A stretch of DNA of 61,339 nucleotides from Candidatus Omnitrophota bacterium (GCA_903836515.1 CAILQW010000061.1:1-61339), one strand, 5' to 3'; shown: positions 48,501 through 57,295, counted from the stretch's first letter. Notes: generated from the letters alone by a model not told the origin. Translations and numbers: made by a program.

Positions 48501-51500
48501 GCATGGATCTTCAGGGCCTTCAGTCCCTTGAGGTGACGGCTATGGATCCGGATCATTATTTAGGCCTTAATATGCGGGTCACGGTCATTGTGCTCACAGA
48601 TGCCGAGAAATTACTTGTTGCGAAGAAGTTGGTGCCAGCCATGAAAGGGCAGCCCAGCCAGCGCACGGTCGCCGCGATGACGCCGGTGCCAGGATCAGAG
48701 CCACCCAGGAAAAAGACCGTTCCGATGCCGGAACCTGTAGACCTTGTTGGGCCGATTCAGACGGCCGCTTTATCGCCTGCCGCGATGGCCTCCGTCCCGC
48801 CAGCAGCGCCCCAGGTTCCATCGGTTTCAAACATGGCATTCTTTCAGAATATGCCTGTAGAATTTACTCCATCAACGGAGCAGGAAGTCGAGATCGGCAA
48901 AGTGGGACGTAATATTGAGGCATTGAAGAAGCTGGTGGGTGACCTCCAGGACGCCAGTCGCGTGCTTGCGGCCAGAGAGGCGGTAGCGCTTGCGCTTACG
49001 TCCGAAAAGGATGGGTTGAATCTGAAGATCCAGCATGTCGGTCAACGGCTTGCTGATGCAGAGGATCATAAGCGCCTTCTCATGGATAATATGGGTCAGA
49101 CTGATGTTGAAAAGAAAGATTCACGTTTCCACTGGGATGGCCAGTTCCCCCGTTTTTACACCGACAAGAAAGGCGCCTTTGATCCTCCATCCTCGTATTT
49201 AAATTGGAATATGTCCTTTGCTGAAAGGAGGGCGGTCAATGACATGAAGGCTTTGAGCGTGCTCATCAGACAGCAGAACAGTACATGTGATTCCAATCGT
49301 CGGGCTTTGGAGGAACAAAGCCGGATTTTACGGAAGGATCAACTGGTTGATCTGCGCGAGAAAGTGACGGATAGCGTCCTTAGATTGAACGAGCTCAAGG
49401 CGCAATATTTTAAGGCATGCTTGTTGGTTAGAGGGCACCTTTGGGACAGTAATAACTGGGGGGCCCCCCGCGTGCCGGCAGAGGCGGGACAACAGGTAAC
49501 GGAGCCCCGGCAACAGGCACCGGTCGTCCAGGCTGTGCTGGCCGCGGTTACAGAAGCGGTGGGTGCACCGCGACCTGCACCAGTGTATCATCCGAAAACA
49601 TCAGTCAGGCATCCTGATGAAGGTATTTCGTTGGCACAGCCGCGCATGTCATCGACGGTCAAGCCGCCTGGCGACGGTTTTATGGGTACGGGAGTTGTGT
49701 CGTATGATGAAAGCCCGTTGGCGGGGGCAACAGGCGCGGACGGCGAAGTTAATCTGGCACTTTTTGTCCATGACCCCAATCCTCTGGTGCGGATGGAGGG
49801 ACTGGATCTTTTCTTACAGCAAGGGCAGGGTTTGAATTTTATCGCCAATGCCCGGCAGGCTGTCCTGACGAGTCCGTTTCCTGATGTCCAGGCCAGGATA
49901 TTAGGTTATATGGTCGAGAGGAAGGATGCGGGCCTGCGTTTTGTGGTGAGCGTCCTTGATGAGGCGATCAGGAAGAAGCAATGGCCTCTCGTTGAAATTG
50001 GCTTCCAGTCCCTGTCGGACATTCTGGCCCAGGACCCGGCGTTGAAGCAACATGTGTCCGATCTGAATTATGCCTCAGGAACGCCGCTGAGCTCTTTGGT
50101 TCCTGTTGCACCGGAAGGGGCGCGCAAGGTTTTGCTGACGTTCTTGTCCCGTGACGGTGGACGTTCAAAGGCCGGGATAAATTTGTTGCGTCATATGCCC
50201 TCAGATCAGCTGGATCAGATATGTCATACGCTGGAATCATCCGGGGATCCGCGTTGGGGCCAACTTAAGGGGCTTCTCTTGAGCGAGATCATGCGCCAGG
50301 AAGCTGGCCACGGGATCGAGGATATCCAACCAGGTCCTTTCCAGGAGTATTCAACCGCTTACACCTGGGCGGATCAGATGACTTTTTTCCTGTATCATTC
50401 ACCGGAAGGGTTAAAACATATTAACGAGGATTTCCTCAAGGCATCACCGCACGGGGCTGATCCGCAAGGATATCTCCCTCAATGGTTGCGGGATAGGGCG
50501 TTAAAAGGTGTGCAAAAGCGTCTGGCATCAGCGCCTCCGTTGGCGGCGTCTTCCTTGATATATGATCTTCCTCCCGGGTTCGGGAATGCTGTCAATGCAC
50601 TGGCTGATTTTAACAGCCTTCTTGTCGATGCCCGGCAAAAAGATATTTTGCAAACCCAGAATATTGAAAAGCTTGGGCGTATCTTCGCGTCGTCGACTGT
50701 GCACAGCCGCTTGGCGCTTGACAAGTTGATGAAGACACCGGCAGGCATTATTCGGGCCCTGCAGGCTTATGCCGGATCAAAAGACCCGGAAGTGCGTAAA
50801 CTGATGAAAAACCACGCGGCCGATGTTCTGGCCATGAATAATGTCATTAATCCCTTGGATTGCCTTTCCATGCCGATCCGTAATATCCCGGATCCCGTTT
50901 CCATGGGGATCCTGCGCCATGCGTTGGAGCAATTGTATCAGGAGACCAACGACCCTGAGTTTTTGAATCTTCGCCTAAAGACGTTTGGCTTCATTGAACT
51001 GAGCACCGCAAAGGATCCCCGCGGGCAACACAAAGTCGGTGAGCAGATCGAGGCGGAGGCGATACGGCTGTCCTTGGCGTTGCTGGACATGATCAAGCCG
51101 TATTATGTGCCTTTGAGTTCTATTATCAGTGGCCAACATACCTACGACTCTGGCGTGCAGTCGGTTATCGATGACCTGGGCAACAGGATCAATGCGGGAG
51201 ATCCCCGGGAAGTGTCGCGTTATCTGGAAGAGGTCCAAAGAAATGGCGGCGGGGACAAGAAACAATTCGCTAACGATATCAATTCCTGGGAAAAGGCGTT
51301 TGTTTCGAGGATTTCAAGGAATGATCAGGGTGTCCAGGGTATGCCTCTCTGGAATGTTGTTGCTGCGCTTGGCGCTATCGGCTTTGTCCTTAGCACCATG
51401 AAGAAGAATTTGTACAATATGTTTTTCCTGAAGTGGACAAGCATCGCAGGCCTTCGCAGAATGGTGGAGAAAGATTTAATGAAGCCTGAATATTGGATCA

Positions 51501-53860
51501 AGGCAGGCAAGAAGACTGACGCTAGCATGCGAAATCAGCTGTCTTTGTTTGAGGTCCGTAAGATTCCCGATGAGAAGGGCTTCTTTTATAAGGATACGGG
51601 TGATTCTTTGAAACAGTGGGCCGGGATCCTGGGTGGATGGAGCAAGCCCGGTCAGACAACACCGCAAAGTCTTATCCAGGGGTTCAATGATATCCTTAAC
51701 AATGTGGCAAAGATCCTTTATCAGTTGCCGTATACTCCGCAACTCATGGGTGTCCCTGATGCACATGGGGCTTACCTTGATAGAACGTATATCAATGCCT
51801 TGAGTTTTTTTATCACGCTGACAGAGGACACGTTAACAAATCTTGACACTCTCATGCAGCCTGAAATTCTACACGCATTGAGCCCTTCTCAACGGCAGGT
51901 ACTTTCCCGGGACAGGGGTATTCTGGTGGAAAAGGTGGGGTATGCTATCGAGTTTCTGGCTATCCTTGAATTGCGCGGGGTTATGGACAAATGGATCGGC
52001 GAGAAACGTGCGAATGATCACAAGCTGGAAAAGGGAGGTTTTTTCCCGTTCCTGCGAACGTTGCTTTTTCGCGGTACGGGATTGTTAGAGAAAAAATTGT
52101 TCAAGAGATTGCCAGGCCTTTTGGAAAAGGGTGAGGCGTTGATGCCAGGATTGTATCCAGCTGATACGCAGGAAGCCATGGTTTTGCGTAGTCAGGAAAT
52201 ATTTGACGCGATGGAAGCGAATGGAACTACTATGGGGGGGCATGTGCTGCCAGGAACATCCGACACGTTGACACAGAACAGTACGTGGCGGCAGGCACGT
52301 ACAGCCATAGTGTCTCTTGCGGTCGTGGCGGGGGTTGTCTTGTCCTTCGGCAGGTCGTCTACGTTGCCCGCTATTGTGGTTGCGTTTTTGGGCCTGTTCC
52401 TTTATATGATACCGAATATCAAGCTTGCGTCATTGGGCTGGGAGACGGTCTCGCATGTTCTTATCAGGAAACTTGACGCCGCTTTGACCATGTCACTGGG
52501 GCCGGCGCCCAGGGAGAGCAATGGTGACGCTAAAGCCGTGATCATCAAGGCCGCGTTGCAGGAAGCTGATGAACGGCTTAAGGAGGCGTTGGCGGCACAA
52601 AAGCCGTACGTGGATATGGTCGTGATCGTTCCGCAAGACGGTAGCCTTGTGAACAATCTGGATACTTATGTGGCTGCCCGCCGCGGGAAGATCTTCAGGC
52701 ACGATGTGCCGGTTGAAGTGATGGCGCCACAAAGGACAGGCAGTGCGAATCTCAATTTTGAGGTCATGCAGCTGGTGGAGGAGAAATTAAGGGACACTAA
52801 ATTTCTGGAAGAATATCCTTACCTTAAGGACCGCGCGTTGGAGGATATACGGGTGATGGTGGTGTTGCATGGCAACAATGAGGTTCAGCATGACAAGATC
52901 CTGGATCTGGCTATTGTGAACGGGTATCGCATTTTTGCGGTGATGCCTCAAGGGCAAGGCGGGTATGTGCTCATGTACAGCCGGGACGCCTATCTTGGCC
53001 CCGTGCCTGAAGCCATCGATCAGCCGTTAAGTGTGTTTGGTCATTGGGTGGGCGAGGATGGGTTGATGACATTGGGCCTGTTGGACCTGATCAAGAAAAG
53101 AGTCCTCGAAAAACTGAATATCAAGAAGTTGAAAAAGACCGCAGGCGATGCTGATTCTTATGGCGGTTCAGTACTGAAATATCTGGGTGCTCATTTTGAT
53201 TTGTCTAAAGAGCAGTTAGAGCAGTATCCCGGAGGGATCGGCATAACGGTTTTTAATCCTTCAACAGTTTCGATCCTTGCAAAGATTTTGCATCAATTGC
53301 AAAAAGATCCTGATCTTTGGGATAAGTTAAATCTGCAGATGACCCTGGATATTATCGATGTTCTCAAAATATCTTCGCAAGCCGAACGGCAAAAATATAT
53401 TAACAAACGGATCACGCTTCCAGATATTGAGCAAGAATATGCCGTTAAAGATCCAGAAAGGGTGCGGCTTCTTTTGTCTGCGTTTTATGGGATGTTCAAT
53501 GGGCCTTCGATTCCCTTTACTGATTTCCTTCCGCATCCCGGCGCCGCGGTGGTGAAGCATCTTAAAACAGCTGAAGATCGGGACGCCATCCTGCGCTTGT
53601 TGCAAGGCTGGCGCGATGACGCCGCCGCGCTTGTCCCTGTCCAGGCAAGTGTCCCTGTGCAAATCGATAATGGCGGGCTTGACCTTTCACGGGCGCAGGA
53701 CCAGATTGAATGGCGTGGCGGTCACGCGCCTGAGGCCCCCTCATTGGATCCGGTTTATTCCGGGCATGCGGTCCAATTCCTTCAGCTTTTCCGTGGTTTT
53801 GATTTTCGCATCACAGCCTCCCAGCCGCTTGAAGATCCCAAGGTATTTTTAGGCTTTTAA
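45509..53860 (+). CDS. Giant 2783-aa mosaic protein (conserved leader domain, PG-binding-like motif, two MFP-like modules, helical repeats, TM segments, GGLDL tail)
   Basis: Uninterrupted 8.35-kb ORF. LWVNLSP...DYLLKQLAAS...FWKQVY...TFSKVWVVP leader, QQKLGITADGIMGPETRRAL, two lipoyl-hairpin-lipoyl patterns. Confidence 0.9.
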   Translation: MHQFLRQGSLRHLKQRAWFRLLCLTVLVTYCIDLVGMDLLRTREAYAQSVVVAPVPGVLLPSSAPGSSPLLKAISLDPADPFKINFLVDAGDHARVDEKESSRLIKYFLTCLTIPEKDLWVNLSPSEPGRIVDKRLGATTVGADMLREDYLLKQLAASMTFPDREPGKAFWKQVYVRIKKKYGDLDLPVDTFSKVWVVPAKAVVYEQAGKAFIAESRLKVMLDEDYLTNKSHVTPDQAHRDDAGKADDVYRTIAREIIIPELEREVNDGQYFAPLRQIFSALILAIWFKRKLRHNIMNRVYADQKKTSGIQTDDRQVSQKVYAQYMLALKKGVYDVIREDYDTDQQETVARHYFSGGFSFEKAAGKIDFAQLSSSRVDRLKLLKEIGSNLVTLGVSFIPRGMPKKMLLALAMVSLSSSVVPAPGLAPRQAVVAPKAVVVSTIPRATPPPVIATTTPEAVSEAIIKRGDKIPEADQKYLTYMKEMLTLKDVQDLHGTVNASLHMTYAFDMTPIENNWDAIFTASTMGWRQEVVVMTVQQKLGITADGIMGPETRRALNAKIGTKAAAPAGSVSSQVSLPQASRGFSVVSDKAPFSIEPVSLTAPSGGVVNGFDVHKTKYRKGEPILKVLDPGLAQQIAALKGQLSPLQQRLKRLKALQAAHPGAITDIEITTAGLEVQNISQQLAPLIQIEQAGVLRAPYDFLIKEIRVGNGQTVSSKTVLLDYLSGQMPSFTLRMTREESQNLDHKRITIDGQPVTSNPKLDIRIDPLKPSEALVTFVVTTALDIQAGSVHQVKVEVPASVADDGLALVKGVAHTTAKVGSSPEIPVVTLGAGPVNILVRPGQEVFQGQVAAIQPGAAQAWHATKLLYDQVDVQLKERTSGNGVYFTTTQTMPLETRRASLKAQLQAQGEAVGRSFIKAPCNGTVTTVSLSGAFTPGSEIFRLNGPVRIGDLNDPKGAIFVSGLLDIKNGDPVLVRTGSGRNIPARITNINKMPVSPGMDLQGLQSLEVTAMDPDHYLGLNMRVTVIVLTDAEKLLVAKKLVPAMKGQPSQRTVAAMTPVPGSEPPRKKTVPMPEPVDLVGPIQTAALSPAAMASVPPAAPQVPSVSNMAFFQNMPVEFTPSTEQEVEIGKVGRNIEALKKLVGDLQDASRVLAAREAVALALTSEKDGLNLKIQHVGQRLADAEDHKRLLMDNMGQTDVEKKDSRFHWDGQFPRFYTDKKGAFDPPSSYLNWNMSFAERRAVNDMKALSVLIRQQNSTCDSNRRALEEQSRILRKDQLVDLREKVTDSVLRLNELKAQYFKACLLVRGHLWDSNNWGAPRVPAEAGQQVTEPRQQAPVVQAVLAAVTEAVGAPRPAPVYHPKTSVRHPDEGISLAQPRMSSTVKPPGDGFMGTGVVSYDESPLAGATGADGEVNLALFVHDPNPLVRMEGLDLFLQQGQGLNFIANARQAVLTSPFPDVQARILGYMVERKDAGLRFVVSVLDEAIRKKQWPLVEIGFQSLSDILAQDPALKQHVSDLNYASGTPLSSLVPVAPEGARKVLLTFLSRDGGRSKAGINLLRHMPSDQLDQICHTLESSGDPRWGQLKGLLLSEIMRQEAGHGIEDIQPGPFQEYSTAYTWADQMTFFLYHSPEGLKHINEDFLKASPHGADPQGYLPQWLRDRALKGVQKRLASAPPLAASSLIYDLPPGFGNAVNALADFNSLLVDARQKDILQTQNIEKLGRIFASSTVHSRLALDKLMKTPAGIIRALQAYAGSKDPEVRKLMKNHAADVLAMNNVINPLDCLSMPIRNIPDPVSMGILRHALEQLYQETNDPEFLNLRLKTFGFIELSTAKDPRGQHKVGEQIEAEAIRLSLALLDMIKPYYVPLSSIISGQHTYDSGVQSVIDDLGNRINAGDPREVSRYLEEVQRNGGGDKKQFANDINSWEKAFVSRISRNDQGVQGMPLWNVVAALGAIGFVLSTMKKNLYNMFFLKWTSIAGLRRMVEKDLMKPEYWIKAGKKTDASMRNQLSLFEVRKIPDEKGFFYKDTGDSLKQWAGILGGWSKPGQTTPQSLIQGFNDILNNVAKILYQLPYTPQLMGVPDAHGAYLDRTYINALSFFITLTEDTLTNLDTLMQPEILHALSPSQRQVLSRDRGILVEKVGYAIEFLAILELRGVMDKWIGEKRANDHKLEKGGFFPFLRTLLFRGTGLLEKKLFKRLPGLLEKGEALMPGLYPADTQEAMVLRSQEIFDAMEANGTTMGGHVLPGTSDTLTQNSTWRQARTAIVSLAVVAGVVLSFGRSSTLPAIVVAFLGLFLYMIPNIKLASLGWETVSHVLIRKLDAALTMSLGPAPRESNGDAKAVIIKAALQEADERLKEALAAQKPYVDMVVIVPQDGSLVNNLDTYVAARRGKIFRHDVPVEVMAPQRTGSANLNFEVMQLVEEKLRDTKFLEEYPYLKDRALEDIRVMVVLHGNNEVQHDKILDLAIVNGYRIFAVMPQGQGGYVLMYSRDAYLGPVPEAIDQPLSVFGHWVGEDGLMTLGLLDLIKKRVLEKLNIKKLKKTAGDADSYGGSVLKYLGAHFDLSKEQLEQYPGGIGITVFNPSTVSILAKILHQLQKDPDLWDKLNLQMTLDIIDVLKISSQAERQKYINKRITLPDIEQEYAVKDPERVRLLLSAFYGMFNGPSIPFTDFLPHPGAAVVKHLKTAEDRDAILRLLQGWRDDAAALVPVQASVPVQIDNGGLDLSRAQDQIEWRGGHAPEAPSLDPVYSGHAVQFLQLFRGFDFRITASQPLEDPKVFLGF

Positions 53861-54178
53861 ATCAGTAGTTTATTTTCGTCATAGGTCAGCGCTTAAAAGT
53901 TGAGTGCGGCTTAATATTATTTGTTTTCACAAGAAATTCACTTTAAGGTCACGCGCTGTTCATATCGGGCGGGTAGACTTGTTGTTAAGAAAGGAGTGTG
54001 CGTTATGGGTACCAACAGGATGATCAAAAGCAGGTTGAACAGGTTTTTTGACGGCGGATCGATTTCAGAGTGGCATGCTGACAGGCCCGTTGATTCGTGG
54101 CCGACGGTGGCGCGGATACCACACAGTCGTTTTTGTTCCGACACGCAACGGGGTGGGGTTAATATGCAGGGAGAAGTT

Positions 54179-54388
54179 ATGCTGAAAAAATCTGATGCTG
54201 ATCTGTTGGGGGATCCTCGTGTCAGGAAGGAGATTGAGCGTTACAAGTGGGTTGAGAGCGAGAAGGCTGGTTACGATATCGGCATGGCCAGGGCGAACCG
54301 CGAATGGTTGACCTCATGTGCTGAAGCCTGGAAGAAGATGAACCAGCCACGCAAACGCGTGGTGCGCAAGGCTGCTAAAGTCAATTAG
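54179..54388 (+). CDS. Small protein, DUF4032-like motif
   Basis: EIERYKWVESEKAGYDIG...EW. Alternative in-frame starts at 54164 and 54005 (AAGGAG RBS). Confidence 0.6.
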   Translation: MLKKSDADLLGDPRVRKEIERYKWVESEKAGYDIGMARANREWLTSCAEAWKKMNQPRKRVVRKAAKVN

Positions 54389-54427
54389 CGAGCGAGAATA
54401 TCTCTATGAGGATGTCGATTTGTAAAA

Positions 54428-54480
54428 GTTCACACGTTTGTCACATGGATGCCATCATTTTGACAAATGTTTTCTATATT
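54428..54480 (+). promoter_or_regulatory. Putative Pho-box array and -10 element
   Basis: 11-bp-spaced units GTTCACA (54428), TGTCACA (54439), TGCCATC (54450), TGACAAA (54461), then TATATT at 54475, upstream of the porin-pst genes. Confidence 0.6.
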
Positions 54481-54537
54481 CTTGTGTAGAAAGATCCGTG
54501 TGGGTCTTTGGAAAAGCGGGATAAAAAAGGAGAATGT

Positions 54538-55863
54538 ATGCGAAAAGGATTGTGGGCAAGTGTGGTGTTGTGGGGGGCGGCATTGTTGTGCGCTATGCCG
54601 ACAGCCTATGCGGGGGAAGTGGATCTTCTTGTTCAGAAATTGGTCGAGAAAGGTGTCCTCTCGGCGAATGAGGGTCAGATCCTATTGGATGAGACCAAGC
54701 AGGATGTGGCCAAGCAAAATGCCAAGGGCACCAATGACGCGATCCCAGCCTGGGTACAGACCACGAAACTCAAGGGTGATTTTCGTTTCCGGTATCAGCA
54801 TGATCATGCCAAGAGGCTGGCCACGACCAGCAATAACCCTGATACGGACCGCACCCGCATCCGTATGCGCCTGGGGTTGGAAACAAAGCCTAATGACAAG
54901 CTGCTCGTTGGCATTGGGTTGTCGACTGGCAAGGATGATTTGACCACAGAGTCTGCAGACCAGTCGCGTTCCACCAATCAAACGTTGACCGATGGGTTTT
55001 CCAAGTATGCCCTGGCGCTGGATTATGCTTTTGCCCAGTATACGCCTGTTTCGTGGGCTACACTTTATGCGGGTAAATTCAAGAGCCCCTTGTGGGAACC
55101 GGGCGACCTTATCTGGGATACGGATATCAATCCTGCGGGCGGAGCGCTTAAGCTTGATTATCAGCTGGCACCCAGCCTGGATGTATTCCTTAATACAGGT
55201 GTTTTGACCATCGCGGAAGTAACAAGCGCGTCCACCAAGAAATGGGCGAGTCCCACCATGTATGTGGCTCAGCCGGGAGTTGTTGTTGATTTGTCCGATA
55301 CGGTGAGCTTGAAGAGTGCCGTTGCTTATTACACCCACACAGGGATCAATAATAAACAGTTGTATGGTTCTGCGGGAACCAATACCAATACGACAGGAGC
55401 CTCTACCGGGTTGTTGTTGTACAAATATACAGAAGTCAATCCTTCGGCTGAGTTGAGTTTCAAGGAGCCGTTGAAGGCTTTTGGGATAGGTCTTCCGTAT
55501 TTTAGTTTATTTGGGGAGTATGTGGAGAATATCGCCGTGAAAGACCGTAATACAGGGTATATGGGCGGGTTTAAGGTGGGTGCTGAAAAAATCGCGGCTT
55601 TTGGCGATTGGCAGTTTAGGTATAATTATGCCATGCTGGGCCGGGACGCCGTCCTGGACATCCTGCCTGATTCTGATCGTTACAGCGGGAAGACAGGTAT
55701 GAGGTCGCATGAAGGCATGCTGGATTTCGGCCTGGGAAAGAATACCTGGCTGGGGCTTGATTATTACTATGGATGGCAGTTGCCCGGTAGTGTTCAGCCC
55801 AGCGGTGCGACTCAGACCAAGCCGGCCAGTGAGTATCAGGTTGATTGGAATATGAAGTTCTAA
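54538..55863 (+). CDS. Putative outer-membrane porin
   Basis: RBS AAGGAG, signal peptide, KLKGDFRFRYQ...RIRMRLG, alternating beta strands, C-terminal aromatic WNMKF. Confidence 0.82.
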   Translation: MRKGLWASVVLWGAALLCAMPTAYAGEVDLLVQKLVEKGVLSANEGQILLDETKQDVAKQNAKGTNDAIPAWVQTTKLKGDFRFRYQHDHAKRLATTSNNPDTDRTRIRMRLGLETKPNDKLLVGIGLSTGKDDLTTESADQSRSTNQTLTDGFSKYALALDYAFAQYTPVSWATLYAGKFKSPLWEPGDLIWDTDINPAGGALKLDYQLAPSLDVFLNTGVLTIAEVTSASTKKWASPTMYVAQPGVVVDLSDTVSLKSAVAYYTHTGINNKQLYGSAGTNTNTTGASTGLLLYKYTEVNPSAELSFKEPLKAFGIGLPYFSLFGEYVENIAVKDRNTGYMGGFKVGAEKIAAFGDWQFRYNYAMLGRDAVLDILPDSDRYSGKTGMRSHEGMLDFGLGKNTWLGLDYYYGWQLPGSVQPSGATQTKPASEYQVDWNMKF

Positions 55864-55871
55864 CGCAGGTG

Positions 55872-55909
55872 TGCCGGGGCGGCTCTGTGGGGCCGCTCCG
55901 GCATCTTTT
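55872..55909 (+). terminator. GC-rich hairpin between the porin and pstS (weak terminator or mRNA stabiliser)
   Basis: TGCCGGGGCGGC / GCCGCTCCGGCA followed by TCTTTT. Confidence 0.45.
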
Positions 55910-55934
55910 CCCAATGGAATCTGAAGGAGAAAAT

Positions 55935-56807
55935 ATGAAATTATTATCGAAATTTACAATGATCTTGTCGGGTCTTGTGGTGATGACGACGGCGGCATCA
56001 GCGGAAATGATCCAGATCAAAGGGTCGGATACGATCATCAACCTGGTCCAGAAAGAGGCCGAGGTTTACATGCAGGAAAATCCTGGCGTCAAGATATCTG
56101 TCACGGGTGGCGGCTCCGGGACAGGGCTTGCGGCGCTGGTGAACAAGAAATGTGCGATCGCCGATGCTTCCCGTGCGATCAATGCGAAGGAACTCGAGGC
56201 AGCTACGACCAATGGCGTCAACCCCAGCCGTATTGTGATCGCGTTCGACGCGCTGAGCATCATTGTGAATTCCGGCAATCCTGTGAAAGTATTGACTAAG
56301 GACCAGGTCGGCGCCATTTATCGTGGCGAGATCAAGAATTGGTCTGAAGTGGGTGGCAGCGACATGCCGATCAACCTGTATGGCCGCCAGTCCAATTCAG
56401 GGACGTATGGCTTTCTGCAGGAAATGGTTTTGAAAGGCAATTATTCATCCAAAATGAATACCATGAATGGCAATTCACAGATCGTGGAAGCTGTCAAAGC
56501 GGATCCGTCGGGCATCGGTTATATCGGTGTTGGTTATGCCAAACAGGCCACAGGGGTGAACATCCTTGATATTAACGTCAGTAACGGCCAGCCGGCTGTT
56601 AGTCCTGTTGACAAACCTGCTGTCATGTCCGGGAAATATCCGATCGCGCGTCCTTTGTATCAGTATGTTAATGGTAGTCCCGCTGGGACTGTCAAGGCGT
56701 TCATCCAGTTCGAGTTGAGCGCTGAAGGCCAGAAGATCGTCGAAGAAGAAGGGTTCTATGAGATCCCTGCCGAGTATAAAGAAGCCAATGCCAGGTTTGG
56801 GCTTTGA
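55935..56807 (+). CDS. pstS: Phosphate ABC transporter substrate-binding protein
   Basis: RBS GAAGGAG, signal peptide, IKGSDT, GGGSGTG, ASR, GRQSNSGTY, YPIARPLY. Confidence 0.94.
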   Translation: MKLLSKFTMILSGLVVMTTAASAEMIQIKGSDTIINLVQKEAEVYMQENPGVKISVTGGGSGTGLAALVNKKCAIADASRAINAKELEAATTNGVNPSRIVIAFDALSIIVNSGNPVKVLTKDQVGAIYRGEIKNWSEVGGSDMPINLYGRQSNSGTYGFLQEMVLKGNYSSKMNTMNGNSQIVEAVKADPSGIGYIGVGYAKQATGVNILDINVSNGQPAVSPVDKPAVMSGKYPIARPLYQYVNGSPAGTVKAFIQFELSAEGQKIVEEEGFYEIPAEYKEANARFGL

Positions 56808-56827
56808 GCGTTTTTGATAATGATGCG

Positions 56828-56865
56828 AAAACGGGCAGGCTCGAATATCAGCCTGCCCGTTTTTT
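56828..56865 (+). terminator. Intrinsic terminator after pstS
   Basis: AAAACGGGCAGGCT / AGCCTGCCCGTTTT 14-bp stem followed by a T run. Confidence 0.8.
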
Positions 56866-56937
56866 AATACAGCACATTGCTAGTCTTACGATAAGGTTCT
56901 TTGAAGAAATTGAGTGCAAAGAAGGTGCGATGTTAAT

Positions 56938-57126
56938 ATGTCGGAGAGAAATAAAGAAGCATGGGCTACGCCGCAGTTGATCCTCCTGGTGAGGGGTGGA
57001 AACAGTGGGGCAGAGCGCGTTTTATCTGGATGCAAGTTTCAATCATGGATTATTGCGGGGAATGCGGTTGATTGGGATGGTTGTGAGACGAGTTGCCAGC
57101 TTTGCCTTGATAGGACGCCATCGTAA
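56938..57126 (+). CDS. 62-aa Cys-rich RiPP-precursor-like peptide
   Basis: MSERNKEAWATPQLILLVRG...ERVLSGCK...C-x3-C-x2-C...PS. AAGGTG upstream, AT-rich insert. Confidence 0.62.
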   Translation: MSERNKEAWATPQLILLVRGGNSGAERVLSGCKFQSWIIAGNAVDWDGCETSCQLCLDRTPS

Positions 57127-57295
57127 GATAATCTGAAAGAGAAAAGTTCTCCATAGACCGATGGTGTCAAAGATGTTCAGTGGTAGTTCGTTCAATACGG
57201 CCTCCTGCGCGCAATAGTGCTTGATATGGTTTTAAATAGCAGAACATCCTGATAAAATCGGGTAGCAATAATACTGTTTCAAAATAAGAGGTTTC

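Noticed and set aside
53921-54178. Riboswitch or long N-terminal extension upstream of the DUF4032-like gene
   Set aside because: Only a weak hairpin with no recognisable aptamer consensus. The extension has no conserved-looking sequence, so it is kept only as an alternative start.
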